This document shows, piece by piece, positions 59,702 to 64,000 of a stretch of 64,000 nucleotides of DNA. Numbering within the stretch: the stretch's first letter is position 1; the number at the start of each line of letters is the position of its first letter. The notes under the pieces were generated by a model, which worked only from the letters and a program-made list of their open reading frames with translations, had not been told where the DNA came from and made no database searches. Source of the DNA: Amphiscolops sp. MND2022 (taxonomy: Eukaryota); contig OZ076410.1 in assembly GCA_964187785.1 (NCBI GenBank), positions 3,782,001 to 3,846,000 of the forward strand, given 5' to 3'. Made by a program: the position numbers and the translations under genes.

Positions 59702-60593
59702 CTCTGCTTGTAGAACTGCCATTTTATACATTCTATTTTGGATCTTTCAGTAACCTAGTCAAGTGTTCGTTCAGCTAAAACCTACTCGTTTTAATTTCTG
59801 TTTTGAGTTAAATATAGAGATACAAATAATTATCCTAAATACAGAGATTCCCTTAAATGAGCCCGGCCCTGTTCTGAATACAGAGATATATATCGTATAC
59901 GGAGACTAAATCTTGTCCCATGGTATTTTAAATCTTATCCTTAATACATAGGCAAATATATATCTTAATTACAGAGATTCCCCTAAATGAGCCCGGTCTA
60001 GTTATAAATGCAGATACCGTATATTTCGGCGAATGAGCCCCCCTCCGTATACTATACGGAGGGCTTTGCAAGCCCCCTCCCCAATTTTGAAAAAGAAGTT
60101 TTTGATATATGGTATGTTCGTCATATATCAAGAAAAATAAAAGAAAATAAAAGTTCAATAAGTGTAAATTGAATGAATTTTCTTGGTATAAATTCAATTT
60201 TCAATTCTACTAAAATCGGAGTTTCATTTCATTACTAAAATCTGTCATTTCAAGCTCTGAAATTTCTTCAAAAAGAAAAAATAAAAAAGGGGTTTATTTG
60301 CCGGAATATACGGTATATTTATATATTATATATTATTTATATTTATATATTTTTATCTTATACATTGATTCCCTCAAATAATCCTGACAAATATGTTGAA
60401 GAGTATAAATGTTACTTACCTTGATTTAGAATCAAAACTTTTTGAAGACTAAATAGGAAGAATATGTAAGAGGTAAGAAGACTTCGAGAATTCTTCAGCT
60501 AAGACTTGCTTATCAATTGTGAATCTTCAAATGAGAGGTATTCAGTAGAAGCAGGCTGGTCAACTTGTTTTAGCAGTAACTAATCACACACTG

Positions 60594-60875
60594 ACAAAAC
60601 GGTTTGTTTATTTTACTCTGTAATCGAACAATTCCAGTCACGTGACCAATGCATCGTTCTCTCAAACACAGAGAAGAGTGAGATTGGCGCCAGCCCGCTT
60701 ATGACGGTCGGCGCGTTGCTATAGTTACCGACACAAAACGGTTTGTTTATGTTACTCTGTAATCGAACAATTTCAGTCACGTGACCAATGCATCGTTCTC
60801 TCAAACACAGAGAAGAGTGAGATTGGCGCTAGCTCGTTTATGACGGTCGGCGCGTTGCTATAGTTACCGACACAC
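60594..60875. repeat. ~142-bp tandem duplication in the right part of the transposon
   Basis: Two near-identical units AAAACGGTTTGTTTA...CAGTCACGTGACCAATGCATCG...GACGGTCGGCGCGTTGCTATAGTTACCGACACA. Confidence 0.9.
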
Positions 60876-62243
60876 TAATTTAGCACAAATTATGAAGTTA
60901 ATATTGATGACTGTGATTAATTCTCTCTGAAACTCTAAAATCTTCAAATACAATTAACACTCATGATTATCAAAACGAATTAGCTGACCGATAAATTTAA
61001 TTAATACCACAACAAGGAATAATTCCTTTTTTCAACATTTTTTTAAAACCTTTACTTAATTTATGACAATCAATTTTAGATATAGTGTCAAGTATTTCCA
61101 CTGTCCTCATTATTGAACAATGTTATTTTCAGACAATGTTTGTTTTATTCGTCAAACTGGTAAAAAAAAGTCTTGAGCTGTCAAAACTTCTGACCTAATG
61201 ACTTCTGAAGTTAATATTGATGACATTCTTACAAATCAATACAAACAGTGCATTCTCTTAAACACAGAAGAGTGGTAAATTGTTTTACAAAGTTCGGACA
61301 AAATGCAATTTTGACAACTGAATTTTGACTAAAATTGGCTCTTTTCTTCGTTCATAATATAAGCATACAGAATCTTAATTACAACACATTTGACACAATC
61401 TAATTGTTACAAAAATTTAGCACAAATGATGAAGTAATGATAACATTCTTACAAATCAATACTATAATTAATATAACTAAATATTAATTTACAAGTTCTT
61501 CAAATCACTAGATCAATTGACATATGCTGAACCAGGTTCGCATAGTTTTGAATGCGTTTGATATGCAGATTGAACAATTTGACTAAAATTGATTCAACTA
61601 AAAATTATTAAGTTTGAAATACCTAATTAATTAAAACATTTAAATAGGCCAAATCCAAATTATGAGTGTCATTCATTGAAGTGTCCTTGTTGTGTGCTGA
61701 TGGGTGATGAACCAGAAGGAATACAAATGGTCCTAAACATAAATGTTGTAAGTGCTGATTAAACAAGGTACGGTACATATTTCGCGATATCTTGTAGTGG
61801 AATCCACTGTTAAAAACAGCAGCTGTCAAAAACTGCGGAATTCGCTTGCACAACAGCGGAATCCACTGGTGCTGTTGCGGAATCCGCTGTCGCAGCAGTG
61901 GATTCCACTGTTTTTTCCTCTACATTACGAAAGCTTGTCCTTGGAATCCGCTGTTTTTACGCTGTGTAATATTATGTGACCCCGGATTCCGGTACAGCGA
62001 CTGCGGAATCCACTGCTGTTTAATATAATAATATATGCCTCTGAATTCCACCAAAAATTCAAGGTAAAGAGATTTGTCCCCGGAATCCAGAAAAAATTGC
62101 AAGCGGAATCCGCTGCACATGTTATAAAGTGTGTCTTTGAAATCCGTCATTTTAAACAGCGGATTCCAGGTCTGATAGGTGCTACCTGCGGTTAGCAGTC
62201 AATTCCGCAGTTTTCAAAAAGTGTAGGGATATGCGTCGTAATG

Positions 62244-64000
62244 TTTTAGATTCTTTCAGAAGCGTTTCATTTGCTTAGCTATAGTGCGGCAGTTTGCATT
62301 TCGGCCTTGTAGAGTAGGAAACGAATCTCGCGCGTAACATCCTCGGAACTCGAAGTTGAATCTTGCGTCTTTGTTGATCAGCTCTGTTAGCTGCGTGTTG
62401 TCAACCATTGTATATATTGGAGGTTTTGATATCCTCTCAGTTGCGATCAATGAGAACGATAGATCTTCTCTCATCTAAAGAAAAAGACGAAACGGCTTTG
62501 ATGTGGCTTTGGAGAATTTCAACTCGAGACCCAGTGCGCTCGGGAGGAATTGTATTGTCCTCGATGTGTTAGTCAGCAGTTAATTTGAAAACCAGACAGA
62601 ATTGATCACCAAAGTTGTCGAGAGTGGTGCCATTACCACCATGTTTTATTCTCTCCAGAAAGCCCAGCATAGAGTCTAAAGGCTATTTTCCTAATGAAAC
62701 ATGCGAGAAGAATGTTGCAGCTGATACTCCTGGTATATAGAACAATTTCGAACCCGAAAAATTTATCTTTTCCATTTTGTGAAAAAATATAACAAACAAA
62801 AGCTTTCAGTACAAAAATAAATAATACAGAATTGAATGATGGTAAAAAAAGAAAATCAATTTGGGACGGAAAGGGTAGGAGCGACTATTGCAGACTCGAC
62901 TAAAATTACGGTCCGAGCAGCAGATAGTTTTGAAATGGCGCAGCGCTTGAGTCAACTCCATTGGTGAAAAACCCGAGCTGACCTGGCTCAATTTCGGGAA
63001 TTCGAGTCGGAGGCTGTATGCGCCTTTCGCCTCCGGAATTTCGTTTTCCCGGCGCGAACCGAGTAATTCTGCAGCTCCTTGCACACCTCAGAGCTCGTCT
63101 TTTTATTACTTTTATCTTTAATGACTTCAACAATGATTCCTCCGATAAGGAAGCTCTGCTCGATGATGCCTCTATTTCGCTGGTTCTCAGGAAGCTGGTG
63201 CTTGCGACAGACCTCGTCCATCCCAGCTGCCCTCGAGAACAACTTTTCCTCGCTATCCATTCAGGGGACAAACTGCTGCTGAAGTCCTGATACCAACTTC
63301 CCCTGCACCTCCTCCAGAGTGAGGATTCGTTTCCTCGTTATTGGTGTTGTCTGTGCACTGGACGAACCCGCAGACGACGGAGAAGACTGCCACCTCCGTT
63401 TCTCCACCTTCTGGAGAGGTTGGCGATGAGAACGGTTCGAAGGTTAACTCTTCGTCAGAAGTGGAATCGGATTCGGGCACAGGAATCCCCGTGCGCGAAG
63501 CATCGCCTAGCAGCGTTTTAAAACAATCCAGCACACTTGGTACCTGCTGGAACTGGCTTGGCGTCAAGACCAAACGCGACGCCGACCTCCTAAGGTTCAT
63601 CAGAGCCGGTCTGATACTTTCAGGCAACTGAAACAAAAATGAAGCGAATGAAGTTTTGTCTTTATTAGGTTGACAATAACATGAATAAGCATTATTAAAA
63701 GTAGTCAGATTGCACAATTTTGATATTTACGTTAATTATTCATGCTTTGTTTGAAAACTTATAAATTGGCATAAAATTACACTGCGAAAAGTCGACATTA
63801 AATCTACGAATACTCCAAAGCACAAGTTGGAAAACTCGAATTTGAAATACTTTCGCGTTCGAAAGTGGCTAATTTGATTTATTTAAAGTAAAAGTGTGCC
63901 ACAATTACACTATATGCAACAGAATAGACTAATGTATGTGGACGTGAAGTATTTTTTGCGAAATATTTGTCGAAAAACTGTTCCTGAGGTTTTGAATTGA
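62244..64000. repeat. Right flank (block Y with MCP/protease relic) plus copy C (Z+X) of the triplicated segment, running off the window
   Basis: 62244-62645 matches 25321-25745; 62648-64000 matches 42257-43600. Confidence 0.9.

Larger units (their letters stand above)
43849..62243 (+). mobile_element. 18,395-bp TIR DNA transposon (RAG1/Transib/Chapaev-like DDE transposase) carrying SET, JmjC and Tudor-like cargo genes
   Basis: 29-bp TIRs CATTACGACGCATGACCCTACACTTTTTG (43849-43877) and CAAAAAGTGTAGGGATATGCGTCGTAATG (62215-62243), 2 mismatches; the flanks rejoin to the empty site at 25315-25329 with two extra T (TT TSD inferred); GCGGAATCC motif clusters near both ends; four internal spliced genes. 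Confidence 0.92.

Noticed and set aside
43849-62243. ProtoRAG / RAG1-RAG2 transposon
   Set aside because: No RAG2-like kelch/PHD gene is recognisable and the TIRs lack the CACAGTG/CACTATG heptamer; only the transposase core looks related.
43849-62243. Polinton/Maverick as the identity of the large element
   Set aside because: There is no pPolB, capsid, ATPase or retroviral integrase inside; the capsid/protease relics lie outside the TIRs in the target segment.
1-64000. Prokaryotic or organellar origin
   Set aside because: Spliceosomal introns, eukaryotic transposon families and a Golgi glycosyltransferase show nuclear eukaryotic DNA.

Overview
AT-rich eukaryotic (most likely invertebrate metazoan) genomic DNA with GT-AG spliced genes and densely nested mobile elements; the species cannot be determined from sequence alone. 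Layout: (1) 1.4-9.4 kb, the last five coding exons of a host MGAT2 (GlcNAc-transferase II) gene, with introns holding DINE-1/HINE-like elements, tRNA-derived pseudogenes, a hAT deletion derivative and a LINE RT relic. (2) 9.8-24.8 kb, two diverged Helitron-like elements on the minus strand (HUH-Rep + PIF1 helicase + C-terminal GIY-YIG nuclease; one long and frameshifted, one only a 3' fragment), each followed by a homologous Cys-motif accessory gene. (3) 24.8-43.8 kb and 62.2-64 kb, a triplicated ~2 kb segment with Polinton/Maverick capsid-protease relics, a ~21-unit 516-bp satellite derived from a spliced gene (with a near full-length CR1/L2-like LINE inside) and a tyrosine-recombinase relic. 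(4) The main result, 43,849-62,243: an 18.4-kb DNA transposon with 29-bp TIRs and an inferred TT target duplication (an empty paralogous site is in the window). It encodes a RAG1/Transib/Chapaev-like DDE transposase with a C-terminal BRCT-like domain plus three spliced cargo genes: an apparently intact PR-Set7/KMT5A-like SET methyltransferase, a C2H2-zinc-finger/JmjC demethylase with all catalytic residues, and a Tudor-like-domain protein. This amounts to a putative chromatin writer/eraser/reader kit inside one transposon. All protein assignments come from motif recognition by eye; no database searches were run.
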